A model generated the notes under the pieces. It was not told the origin of the DNA, did not search any database, and saw nothing but the letters and a program-made list of their open reading frames with translations. Below are positions 28,723-37,853 of a stretch of DNA of 64,000 nucleotides, in pieces. Origin of the DNA: Spirochaetia bacterium (lineage in GTDB: Bacteria; Spirochaetota; Spirochaetia; SZUA-6; Bin103); assembly GCA_965203055.1 (NCBI GenBank), contig OZ241863.1, forward strand, positions 2,624,001 through 2,688,000, read 5' to 3'. Numbering within the stretch: the stretch's first letter is position 1; each line of letters starts with the position of its first letter. The position numbers and the translations under genes are program-made.

Positions 28723-30550
28723 GGTTCTGCTCCAGTGGCGCCAGCAACAGCACGGACGCCTCCAGGTAGCCGGCGCGCCGTTGCTTGCTCAGTACCCGCA
28801 GGTAGGCCAGGCGCGCTGCCTCGTCGACGCCGAACTCCTCGATCCGCACCGGGTCGTCGACGGAGATGCGCGACTCGTCGGCAATCGAACCCGGCACCAC
28901 CCGAGTTACGCGGTGCTCCTCCCGCAGCAGCGTGCGGCCGATCCGTTCCACTCCGAGGCCGAACAGGGGCAGCAACACGTTGTCGCGCAGGTCGCGCTGC
29001 AACGCAACCTCGACCGGAGAGAACGGGCGCGGTTCCAGACGTACCAGCAGACTCCGCCGGCGCCCGTCACGCTGCGCCACGACCTCTACCAGGGTCGGCG
29101 CGTCGTAGCTCAACAGATGCCGCTGCACGCCGACCAGTCCCTCCACCGCGTGGCGCGCCACGCGTACCAGCCGGTCGCCGGCGGCAAGCCCGGCTCGGGC
29201 CGCCGGCGAGCCGGGCAGCACGTAGGTTACCACCACCGCGCCGCCGGCGCGGTGCGCGCTGACGCCGATCCACAGATGTTGCACGGCGCCGCCCCGGTAC
29301 AGCTTCGGCAGCACCCGCTGAATCCAGTGGGAGGAAACGCCGAAGTTGATCCCCTCGAACTGTTCCCATCCCGCAACGGTAATGCCGATCAACTCCCCGC
29401 GCTCGTCGAGCAGCGGCCCGCCGCTGTTGCCGGGGTTCAGCGGGGCGTCCACCTGCAGGGCCTCGCCCATCTGCAGAAAGCGCCGGCCGGTAGCAGAGAT
29501 GATACCGGAGGTGACGGTCTTGGACAGCGAGAGATCGCCGGGAGTGCCGATTGCCACCACCTTGTCGCCCGGAGCCAACGGGCCGGCGCCGGTCGAGCCG
29601 AACACGTGCCCCGGCTCCACCTCGGTCTTCAGCAGCGCCAGGTCGAAGATGCGGTCGTAGCCGACCACCTTGGCCGGCACCCGCTCATCGCCGCGCTCGG
29701 AGAGGCGGATGAACAGCCGCGAATAGCCCTCGTAGGTCGGGTCCACTTCGCTCCGAATGACGTGGTAATTGGTCAGCAAGTGGCCCCGGCGATCAATGAA
29801 GAACCCGCTGCCGATCACCCGATCGGGAATGCCCACGCCGCGGCGCAACTCGACGCCCCGGTCCACCCAAACGGTAACCGTCCCGCCGAGCAGGTCGGTG
29901 AACGGCGGCGGCGGCGGCGACTCCGGCAGCGCCGGCGCCAGCCCGCGCGCCGCGGCCGCCGCCGCCAGCGTCGTGAGGGCGCGCGCGTTGCCGGTACGCT
30001 CGGCCAGCCCGCCAAGCGCCTGCAGGTCCGCCGCCGTATAGGGCTCCCCCTCGGCTACGGCGCGCAGCCCCAGCAGCAGCGCGCTCACCTCCTGTCCGGC
30101 GGCGGCCAGGCGCTGCGCCGCGCGGCGGTACAGCTCGGGCAGCGACCTGCCGCCGGCGCTCCGAGCGGCGTTCGGCACGGCCGGCGCGGCGGCCGCCAGT
30201 GACCGCACCAGCGCGGCCGCGTCCAGAAAGCGCTGCTCTTGCCAGGCCAGCTCCAAGTCGTGGTTCATCGAGCGCAGCGCGGCGCGGCGCAGCCCGGCCA
30301 GGTCGGCGGCGGCCACCGGCGCCGAGGCGTCGGTTTCCAGGGCCCGGATACGCTGCATGGCGCGCAACGAGTTGCCGCCGGCGATCTGGCGCTCGATTTC
30401 CTCCGCGACGTAGGCGGTGGCCGGCGGCTCCGCCGTGCCGTCCCCGCCGCCGGCGGTGGCGCAACCGGCCAGCGCCAGCAGCGGCGCCAGCGCCCACGCG
30501 CCCGCCGCGCGGCGCGCCGGCGACCGCCGCCGGGCGCGCGGCGGTCCCAT
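28712..30550 (-). CDS. HtrA/S1C serine protease lipoprotein with PDZ domain(s)
   Basis: Lipobox LALAGC; GSGFFI, TNYHVI, DLALLK, NPGNSGGPL triad motifs; PDZ (PGSPAARAGL). Confidence 0.88.
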   Translation of the reverse strand: MGPPRARRRSPARRAAGAWALAPLLALAGCATAGGGDGTAEPPATAYVAEEIERQIAGGNSLRAMQRIRALETDASAPVAAADLAGLRRAALRSMNHDLELAWQEQRFLDAAALVRSLAAAAPAVPNAARSAGGRSLPELYRRAAQRLAAAGQEVSALLLGLRAVAEGEPYTAADLQALGGLAERTGNARALTTLAAAAAARGLAPALPESPPPPPFTDLLGGTVTVWVDRGVELRRGVGIPDRVIGSGFFIDRRGHLLTNYHVIRSEVDPTYEGYSRLFIRLSERGDERVPAKVVGYDRIFDLALLKTEVEPGHVFGSTGAGPLAPGDKVVAIGTPGDLSLSKTVTSGIISATGRRFLQMGEALQVDAPLNPGNSGGPLLDERGELIGITVAGWEQFEGINFGVSSHWIQRVLPKLYRGGAVQHLWIGVSAHRAGGAVVVTYVLPGSPAARAGLAAGDRLVRVARHAVEGLVGVQRHLLSYDAPTLVEVVAQRDGRRRSLLVRLEPRPFSPVEVALQRDLRDNVLLPLFGLGVERIGRTLLREEHRVTRVVPGSIADESRISVDDPVRIEEFGVDEAARLAYLRVLSKQRRAGYLEASVLLLAPLEQNHFL

Positions 30551-30587
30551 CACCGGCAGCGAACCGCGCGGCGGCCACTGCGGGCCG

Positions 30588-32525
30588 CTAGCTCGCCTTC
30601 TGGGAGGAATCTCCGGCGGTGGATGAGCGCGGTGGGAAGCCGAGCAGATCACGAATTTCGACATCGTCCAGGGTCTCTTTCTCGACCAGCGTCGTCGCCA
30701 GCAACACGAGCTGATCCTGATGCTCCCTCAGTACGTCGATGGCTCGCGTCAGGCGCGAGCTCACGATCTCGTTGACCTCGGCATCGATCACCCGGGCGGT
30801 CTCCTCGGAGTAGTCCTTGTGGCGGGCGATCTCCTTGCCCAGGAAGATCGGTTCTTCCTTCTGGCCGTAGGCGATGGGACCCAGGACCTCGCTCATGCCC
30901 CACTCGCAGACCATCTTGCGCGCCAGGTCGGTAGCCTGCTCGATGTCGTTCTGCGCGCCGGTGGTGGTCTCGGCGTAGATGATCGTCTCCGCCGCGTAGC
31001 CGCCCATGGTGATCGCTATGCGGTCCATCAGCCAGGCCTTGCCGCGCGAGTAGTAATCTTTTTCCGGCAGTGAAAACGCAATCCCGAGGGCGCGTCCATG
31101 AGGGACCACGGTCACCTTGTGGAACGGGTCGGCGTTTTCCAGATAGTAGTGCAGCAGGGCGTGCCCGGACTCGTGGTAGGCAATCATTTCCCGCTCCTTC
31201 GGCTCCACTATCTTGGAACGCCGCGCCACCCCCATCATGATCTTGTCACGGGCTTCCTCGAAGTCGATCATCTCGACCCGTTCCTTGCTCTTGCGGGCCG
31301 CCAACAGCGCCGCTTCGTTGACGATGTTGGCCAGATCCGCTCCCGAAGTCCCGCCGGTGGCGCGCGCCACGCGGTTCAAGTCGACTCCGGCCGCGATGGG
31401 AATCTTCTTGATGTGGATGCCGAGAATCTCCTCACGGCCGCGCACGTCCGGCATATCCACCACCACCTGGCGGTCGAACCGGCCGGGGCGCAGCAACGCC
31501 GGGTCCAGTACGTCGGGACGGTTCGTCGCGGCAATGATGATCACGCCTTCCTTGGTGTCGAAGCCATCCATCTCGACGAGCATCTGATTCAGGGTCTGCT
31601 CGCGTTCGTCGTGCCCCCCGCCGTAGCCCGCGCCGCGCGTGCGGCCGACGGCGTCGAGCTCGTCGATGAACAGGATGCAGGGGGCGTTCTTGCGTCCCTG
31701 TTCGAACAGATCACGCACCCGACTGGCGCCCACGCCGACGAACATCTCGACGAAATCGGAGCCCGACATGTGGAAGAACGGTACGTTGGCCTCGCCGGCG
31801 ATCGCCTTGGCCAGCAGAGTCTTGCCGGTGCCCGGCATACCCACCAGCAGCACGCCCTTGGGAATCCGCGCCCCCATCTTGGCGAACTTGCCCGGGTTCT
31901 TGAGAAACTCCACCACTTCCTGCAACTCGTACTTGGCTTCGTCCTGGCCGGCGACATCCGTAAAATTGATTTTCTTACTGGTGTCCACGTAACGCTTGGC
32001 GCGGCTCTTGCCAAACGAAAAAGCGCGATTACCGCTGCCCTGAACCTGCCGGAACATGAACCAGATGAAGAAGAAGCCGAGCACCCACGGCAGAAAGTCG
32101 ATGAATACGCGCAGCGGAGATACGTTGCGCGGGCCGCCCGTTATTCGTACCGCCTTCTCCTGCAGCTTGCGCAACAACTCGGGATCGGAATAGGGAATGG
32201 TAGTCTTGAAGTACTCTCCCGCCTGGCCTTTGAGCTGCCCCTGAATCTCGTAGCCGTCGATTATCTTGACGGCCTCCACCATGTCCTGGTTGAGGTAATT
32301 CAGAAACACGGAATAGGCTATTTCCTGCGTCAATGATCCTTGATTGTAGACGAAGAAGAAGATGAAGAAGACGATCAGTACCAGCAGCGTGATGAGGGCG
32401 ACACGATTGTTGAAGTTGAATTTCGGGAACCCCGAGTCGGGGCCCTTCTTCTGCGAGTTGTTGTTGTCGCCGCTACTCACGCTCACTCCTCGGAACTCGT
32501 CGGCTGGCAGCCCGCCACCGGACAT
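30588..32525 (-). CDS. ftsH: ATP-dependent zinc metalloprotease FtsH
   Basis: Two TMs, [42 protein letters not shown]. Confidence 0.97.
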   Translation of the reverse strand: MSGGGLPADEFRGVSVSSGDNNNSQKKGPDSGFPKFNFNNRVALITLLVLIVFFIFFFVYNQGSLTQEIAYSVFLNYLNQDMVEAVKIIDGYEIQGQLKGQAGEYFKTTIPYSDPELLRKLQEKAVRITGGPRNVSPLRVFIDFLPWVLGFFFIWFMFRQVQGSGNRAFSFGKSRAKRYVDTSKKINFTDVAGQDEAKYELQEVVEFLKNPGKFAKMGARIPKGVLLVGMPGTGKTLLAKAIAGEANVPFFHMSGSDFVEMFVGVGASRVRDLFEQGRKNAPCILFIDELDAVGRTRGAGYGGGHDEREQTLNQMLVEMDGFDTKEGVIIIAATNRPDVLDPALLRPGRFDRQVVVDMPDVRGREEILGIHIKKIPIAAGVDLNRVARATGGTSGADLANIVNEAALLAARKSKERVEMIDFEEARDKIMMGVARRSKIVEPKEREMIAYHESGHALLHYYLENADPFHKVTVVPHGRALGIAFSLPEKDYYSRGKAWLMDRIAITMGGYAAETIIYAETTTGAQNDIEQATDLARKMVCEWGMSEVLGPIAYGQKEEPIFLGKEIARHKDYSEETARVIDAEVNEIVSSRLTRAIDVLREHQDQLVLLATTLVEKETLDDVEIRDLLGFPPRSSTAGDSSQKAS

Positions 32526-32657
32526 ACCGCGGGCCGCCGCGCGGCTGGCCCGCCTGCCTTAAGATAGCGTGTCCGGCGCGGCAGGACAACCGACCGGCCT
32601 GACCGTCTGACCGCGGCGCCCGCACCGGGTCCGGCGGCGGCCCGGAGCGCGGCGCCG

Positions 32658-33707
32658 TCACGCGGCGAGGCGGGTCACCAGAACCTGCCGGCGGTCGCAC
32701 GCAATGCGCAGCCCGTGACCGGTAAGCTGCAGATCGCGAAGCGGTCCCCCCTCCCGCAACAAGGGCTGCAGGAAGCGGCGCGGCAGGCGCGGCCGCTCGC
32801 TGCGGGAGCTGCGCCCGGGACTGAGGACCGCGTCGCATACTCGAAACAGCGCCGCCTCCCGTACCGGCGCTGCCGCAGCCCAGAACGCCGCCGCGGCAAC
32901 GCTGTAGCGCACTCTCCGCCGCGCGTCGCGGCCGTAGCGCCACGGGATCTCGCGCCGCGCGTCCTGTTCGACGCGCTGCCACAGCGCCGCGCTGCCGGCC
33001 GCCAGCCGCGGCAGGTTGCCGGCCATTCCCGGCACCGCGGCCTCCAACGCCGGCACCAGAGCGCGCACCCGGTTGCGCAGCATCTGCGGGTCGCCGTTGC
33101 TCGGGTCCTCCAGCACCGGCAGCCCGGCGGCGGCGGCGTAGCGGCGCAACGCCGCGCGGCGCACCCCGAGCAGCGGGCGCAGCACCAGTCCGCCCTGCCG
33201 CGGGATGCCGCCGCCGCGCAGACTACCCTGCAACGCGCGCATCAGAATCGTTTCCAGGTCGTCGTCGCGGTGGTGGCCGACTGCCACCGCGCAGGCTCCG
33301 CAGTCCGCCGCCACCTCCATCAGAAAGGCGTAGCGCCGCTCGCGGGCGAGCTCTTCCAGACTGCGCCCGGTCGCGCCCCGTTGCCGGCGGAGCTGACCGG
33401 CCGGCAAGCCGCCCTCGCGCAGCGTCAGGCCGAGGCCGCGCGCCTGCCGCCGGACCGCGGCCCGTTCCGCGGCGCAGGACGCGGCGTCGCGCAACCCGTG
33501 ATCGTAGTGCGCCGCAACCACGCGCAGGGTCAGTTCCGGCGCCAGCCGCGTCAGGACCAGCGCCAGCGCCAGCGAGTCGGCGCCGCCGGACACGGCAACG
33601 ACTACGGTGGCCGGGCGCGGCAGCGCGGCCTGCCGCAGCGCCTCCCGCGCCGCGCGTAGCGGGTCGCACGCGGCGCCGCCGCGGCGCCGCTCAGACCGGC
33701 GCGCCAC
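32658..33707 (-). CDS. tilS: tRNA(Ile)-lysidine synthetase
   Basis: AVSGGADS, DHGLR, ARERRY, HHRDD, RPLL, DPSN, RNRVR. Confidence 0.92.
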   Translation of the reverse strand: MARRSERRRGGAACDPLRAAREALRQAALPRPATVVVAVSGGADSLALALVLTRLAPELTLRVVAAHYDHGLRDAASCAAERAAVRRQARGLGLTLREGGLPAGQLRRQRGATGRSLEELARERRYAFLMEVAADCGACAVAVGHHRDDDLETILMRALQGSLRGGGIPRQGGLVLRPLLGVRRAALRRYAAAAGLPVLEDPSNGDPQMLRNRVRALVPALEAAVPGMAGNLPRLAAGSAALWQRVEQDARREIPWRYGRDARRRVRYSVAAAAFWAAAAPVREAALFRVCDAVLSPGRSSRSERPRLPRRFLQPLLREGGPLRDLQLTGHGLRIACDRRQVLVTRLAA

Positions 33708-34272
33708 GCCGGTTGATCAGGTTCATGGCGCGCCCGTAGTCGCCGTCGAGGAGCACTTCCAGATGGCTGCACACCCGGTCGACGGCCTGGGCCATGGCCC
33801 GCGCGGCGCCGGCCGGGGGCCGGCTCAGAACGTGGTCGATGACCGCCACTCCCGGCAGCGGCCGGCCGACGCCGACGTAGATGCGCTTCACCTGCTCGGT
33901 ATCCAACGCCCGCAGGACCGAGGCCAGGCCCCGGTTTCCCGCCGACGACCCGGCGAGGCGCAGGCGGCTGCTGCCCGGGTCGAGATCCATGGTGTCACAC
34001 ACCACTACGAGATCGTCGACACCGGCGCCGCACTCGGCGAGCACCGGTCGGACCACCTCGCCGGAAGCGTTCATGTAGGTATGGGGCTGCACCAGGGTGA
34101 GGCGCCGGCCGGCTACCAGCGCCTGCGCCGCGGCGTAGTTGCGGCGCCGGCGGCGCTTGAGCTGCGCCCCGACGCGCCGCGCCATGCACTCCACTACCTG
34201 GAATCCGGCATTGTGACGCGTGTGAGCATAACGCCGGCCGGGGTTTCCCAGACCGACGATCACCAGCCGCAC
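33691..34272 (-). CDS. pth: Peptidyl-tRNA hydrolase
   Basis: VGLGNPG, TRHNAGF, PHTYMNASG. Confidence 0.93.
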   Translation of the reverse strand: MRLVIVGLGNPGRRYAHTRHNAGFQVVECMARRVGAQLKRRRRRNYAAAQALVAGRRLTLVQPHTYMNASGEVVRPVLAECGAGVDDLVVVCDTMDLDPGSSRLRLAGSSAGNRGLASVLRALDTEQVKRIYVGVGRPLPGVAVIDHVLSRPPAGAARAMAQAVDRVCSHLEVLLDGDYGRAMNLINRRGAPV

Positions 34273-34323
34273 GGCGCTCGAAGGTGACGTCCGCGCTGAC
34301 CGCGGGCGGCGCGGACCCGCGCG

Positions 34324-34941
34324 CTACGCCTCGTCGGGGCCCTCCGCATCGCCCGCCGCCAACTCCTCGTCGTCCGGCTCCTCGTCCGCGGCTTCGACCT
34401 TATGGGCGATCAACGCAACTACCTGCTCCGGCGGCGTGACGAACCGTACCCCCTCCGGCGGAGCAAGGTCCCCCACGTGCAGCGACTGCCCCACGGCCAG
34501 GTTCTCGATATCGACGTCGATCCGCTCCGGCAAGTCCTGCGGCAGGCTCTCGACCTCGATCTCATGCACCAGGAGCTCCTGCAAGCCGCCCTCCCGAACG
34601 CCGATCGGGTTGCCCACGTAGTGCAGCAACACGCGGGCGCGCAGCAACTTTCCGCGCTCGATCTCGAAGAAGTCGAGGTGTTCCAGGCGGCCGACGATGT
34701 TGTTGGCCTGAAAGTCCTTTACCAGCACGTCGTAGGTGGCGCCGCCGGCCGCCAGATGAATGATCGTGCTCTCCGAGATCTGCTGGAACTTGCGCGAGAA
34801 CTCGCGCGCGTCGATGCTCAGCAGAAGTGGTTCGCGGTGGCCGTACATGACCGCGGGAATACGGCCCGCGCGCCGCAGCCGGCGCGCCGCCCCGGTCTTG
34901 GTCTCGGTTCTCAATTCAGCGGTTAAATTTCTATCTGCCAT
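34324..34941 (-). CDS. rplY: 50S ribosomal protein bL25 (Ctc type)
   Basis: ARRLRRAGRIPAVMYG, HLDF, GVREGG; SD CAGGAG before ATG 34941. Confidence 0.95.
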   Translation of the reverse strand: MADRNLTAELRTETKTGAARRLRRAGRIPAVMYGHREPLLLSIDAREFSRKFQQISESTIIHLAAGGATYDVLVKDFQANNIVGRLEHLDFFEIERGKLLRARVLLHYVGNPIGVREGGLQELLVHEIEVESLPQDLPERIDVDIENLAVGQSLHVGDLAPPEGVRFVTPPEQVVALIAHKVEAADEEPDDEELAAGDAEGPDEA

Positions 34942-34960
34942 GTAGTTATGCTCCTGTTGA

Positions 34961-35032
34961 CTGGGACGGCAGGATTCGAACCTGCGAGTGCCGGTACCAA
35001 AAACCGGTGGCTTGCCACTTGCCGACGTCCCA
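34961..35032 (-). tRNA. tRNA-Gln (TTG)
   Basis: TGGGACG...CGTCCCA-G; anticodon arm CCGGT-TTTTGGT-ACCGG; T-loop GTTCGAATC; no encoded CCA. Confidence 0.95.
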
Positions 35033-35178
35033 CGGGAGTGCGGTTGCGCCACAGCGGGCGCGCAGGGTGACCGAAGTATAGCGCCGGCGGCAGCCCGCGT
35101 CCAGCGGCACGCCGGCCGGCCCGCCGCCGGCGCGGCCGCCGGCGCGGCGCCTGGCCGGGGCAGGCGGCGGCCGGGCCG

Positions 35179-35209
35179 TTGACACGACGGGGCAAGTGGA
35201 ATCTATATT
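35179..35209 (+). promoter_or_regulatory. Putative promoter of the acidic-protein gene
   Basis: TTGACA-19 nt-TATATT (spacer longer than consensus). Confidence 0.5.
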
Positions 35210-35282
35210 GCACCGGTGCCATTGCACCGATGCCACCCGGAGGGATGGTGGCGGACGCCCAGGACTTGGCAGAGAGGAAGGT

Positions 35283-35651
35283 TTGACTCGATTATTGGCT
35301 GCGATGCCGTATCTCGATTCCGGTAACCCGCTCCCCGTCGCCGGGGACCTTGCCATTACCGACGAGGAGTCGGAAAGCTACGGCAGCGACTTCGACGAGT
35401 TCAAGGACGACGACGACGACCTGGAAGACGACTTCGACGACGATGACGAGCTTGACGACGAATTGGAAGAAGACGACTTCGACGACGATGACGACGATGA
35501 CGATTACGACCCGGCGTTCGATGACGGCGCGGACGACGATGACACACCGTTCGAGGATGACGACGATGACGACGACCTCGACGAGGAGACCAACGGATTC
35601 AGCGACGGCAGCGACGCCGACGCGTCCGACTACGACGAGTTCGATTCCTGA
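35283..35651 (+). CDS. Small extremely acidic (poly-Asp/Glu) protein
   Basis: GAGG SD 5 nt before TTG 35283 (alternative ATG 35304). About 62 D/E in the 115 residues from ATG 35304. Synonymous GAC/GAT variation; fills the intergenic gap. Confidence 0.75.
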   Translation: MTRLLAAMPYLDSGNPLPVAGDLAITDEESESYGSDFDEFKDDDDDLEDDFDDDDELDDELEEDDFDDDDDDDDYDPAFDDGADDDDTPFEDDDDDDDLDEETNGFSDGSDADASDYDEFDS

Positions 35652-35703
35652 CGGCCGGCGCAGGGCGCCGGCCTGAAGCGACTCGTCCTCCCGGCGCAGC
35701 CGG

Positions 35704-36057
35704 TCAGCGCACTACCCGGCCGCGGTACCAGAGCTTTTCCAATTCGTAGAAGGCGCGGGTGTCGCGTTCCATCAGGTGCACGACGATCGGCCCCAGGTCG
35801 ATCAGCAGCCACGGGTCGTCGCGTACCTTCCTGGGCCCGGTAAGGGGTGCGAGCCGCTGGCTCTTGAGATACTCCATCAGGTAGCCGTACACGCCCAGCA
35901 GGTGGGTGGAGCTGCGCACGGTAGCGATCACGAAGTAATCGGCGACGTCGCTGACGGCGCTGATGTCCAGTACCACGGTATCTTCGCAGCGATGCTCGCG
36001 CAGCAGTCCTCGTAGCGCGCGCGCCTGCGCTTCGCCTGCGGAACCGATCTCGGGCAC
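35704..36057 (-). CDS. rsfS: Ribosome silencing factor RsfS
   Basis: DYFVIAT, WLLIDLGPIVVHLM, RAFYELEKLW. Confidence 0.93.
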   Translation of the reverse strand: MPEIGSAGEAQARALRGLLREHRCEDTVVLDISAVSDVADYFVIATVRSSTHLLGVYGYLMEYLKSQRLAPLTGPRKVRDDPWLLIDLGPIVVHLMERDTRAFYELEKLWYRGRVVR

Positions 36058-36064
36058 CCTCGGT

Positions 36065-37258
36065 TCAGTCGGTACAACGGCGGCCGTTGAAATCACCTCC
36101 CAGCACAATGGTCACGTCGACCTCGGGATCGACTGCGGTGCCCGGTTCGGCTCCCGCTCCATGGCATTGCATCAGCTCCGCAACCCGCGCCGCAAGCTCC
36201 GGTCGGCCGCGCCGATCGAGCACCCGGGTAGCAGCGTACTCGTGATGATCGGCGTTCCCGATCCGCACCACGCGGTAGCCAAAGCTGCGCAGCAGAGGAG
36301 CGGCCGCGCCCGCCAGCCCGGATACGCTGGTGCCGTTCAGAATCTCCACCGCCACCGCGGCGGCCGACTCGCCCTGTTCGCTGGCCAATGCCTCTACGAT
36401 TTGAGACACCGCCTCGCGCAGCAGGTCATCGTCGTAATGGGGAAACACCAGCGTGCGGCCGTCGACCGTGCGCGGCTGGCCGATGGTGTACTGGAAGATC
36501 AGCCGCTCGCTGTCCACTTCGGCCAGCGTGGCGAGGAGCGTAGCGAACCCGGCCGCGGACAGATTGGTTCCGAGGCTCCGGTGCAGATAGCGCTGCACGC
36601 TGCGATGCCGAACCAGCTCGGCTTGCCGGTCCAGCTCGCGGAACAGGCCCTGATGCAGGCGGTGCAGCCGGCCCGCCCACTCGAGGTGCGACTCCTCCGC
36701 GGCGGAGTAACTCAGGTAGGCGGCGGCCTTGTCGCCGTCGAGGCGCACCGTGCCGGCGGGCAGTCCCGACCCGCCGCCCGGCGGCGGTTCCAGCGGGTCG
36801 GGAATGACTACCTCGGCGCCTCCTATCAGATCCACCAAGTCGATCAGGCGCCCGCCGGTGAGATCCAGGTGAAACCGCGGCTGGACGCCGAGCAACTCCG
36901 CCACCTTGTCGTAGAGCGGATCAGGGGAACCCTCCTCATAGAGGCTCTCCAGCGCGTCCATGCGGCTGGCGATCAATGCCCCGACGTTCCCCGGCATGAA
37001 CAACAGCGCCGCGCGCCGGGTTTCCGGGTCGATCAGCAGCACCTCGAACGCAACCTGGTGGCGCGGGTCGGACACCACCGTGAGCCCGACCAGAAGGTCA
37101 TATTCCCGCAGCCATACGGCCACCTCGTCAGTGCGGAGTTGGGTGACGGCGAACCCCACCGTGGCGCCGATCAGGACCACGATCGCGGCCAACAGCAGAT
37201 AGCTGCGGTCGCGGCGGCCATTGCCGCGGCGACCGCCGCGGCCCGGTCGGCTAACCAT
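36065..37258 (-). CDS. LCP-family protein with LytR C-terminal domain
   Basis: N-terminal TM, LIDLVDLIGGAEV, LDGDKA, C-terminal VEILNGTSVSGLA...IGNAD...VTIVLGGDF. Confidence 0.85.
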   Translation of the reverse strand: MVSRPGRGGRRGNGRRDRSYLLLAAIVVLIGATVGFAVTQLRTDEVAVWLREYDLLVGLTVVSDPRHQVAFEVLLIDPETRRAALLFMPGNVGALIASRMDALESLYEEGSPDPLYDKVAELLGVQPRFHLDLTGGRLIDLVDLIGGAEVVIPDPLEPPPGGGSGLPAGTVRLDGDKAAAYLSYSAAEESHLEWAGRLHRLHQGLFRELDRQAELVRHRSVQRYLHRSLGTNLSAAGFATLLATLAEVDSERLIFQYTIGQPRTVDGRTLVFPHYDDDLLREAVSQIVEALASEQGESAAAVAVEILNGTSVSGLAGAAAPLLRSFGYRVVRIGNADHHEYAATRVLDRRGRPELAARVAELMQCHGAGAEPGTAVDPEVDVTIVLGGDFNGRRCTD

Positions 37259-37853
37259 CGGCGCACCGGCCATACAGTCGGTGTTCCCGGATATAGGCGG
37301 CGACGGCATCCGGCACCAGGGCGCGAATCACCTGCCCGGCTCGTACCCGCCGGCGCAGTTCCGACGAGGAGACCGGCAACGGATGATTCGTCAACCGGCG
37401 GTGCGGGAACGCGAGCGGAACCGGTTGCGCGCTGCGCCGCGCTACCAGCAGCTCGACCATGCCGAACAGCGTGGCGGCCTCGCGCCAGGTAGTCAGCTCA
37501 GCGCCAAGATCATCCCCCACTACCAGCCCCGGCCGGGTACCCAACGTGCCGTCGCGCTGCAGTTGGCGTACCGTATCGACGGTGTACGAGACCCCGCCGC
37601 GGCGCAATTCCACCTCGGACACGGCCAGCCCCGGCCGCCGGGCGAGGGCCAGACGCAGCATGGCCAACCGGTGGGAGGCCGCCGCCAGCCGCGCCTCCGG
37701 CTTGTGGGAGGGCAGGTTCGCGGGTACCAGCAGCACCTGATCGTAGCAGCCGGTAGCGAGCACCACCTCGGCGACGTGCAGGTGACCGAAGTGTATCGGA
37801 TCGAACGAGCCGCCGAGCAGGGCGACTCGAGGGCGCGGCGTCCGACCGCTCAC
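37251..37853 (-). CDS. nadD: Nicotinate-nucleotide adenylyltransferase
   Basis: GGSFDPIHFGH, SYTVDT, VSSSELR, YIREHRLY. Confidence 0.93.
   Translation of the reverse strand: MSGRTPRPRVALLGGSFDPIHFGHLHVAEVVLATGCYDQVLLVPANLPSHKPEARLAAASHRLAMLRLALARRPGLAVSEVELRRGGVSYTVDTVRQLQRDGTLGTRPGLVVGDDLGAELTTWREAATLFGMVELLVARRSAQPVPLAFPHRRLTNHPLPVSSSELRRRVRAGQVIRALVPDAVAAYIREHRLYGRCADG

Noticed and set aside
24992..35032. tRNA genes as island or prophage integration sites
   Set aside because: No integrase seen, no duplicated tRNA 3' ends noticed, and the flanking genes are core.
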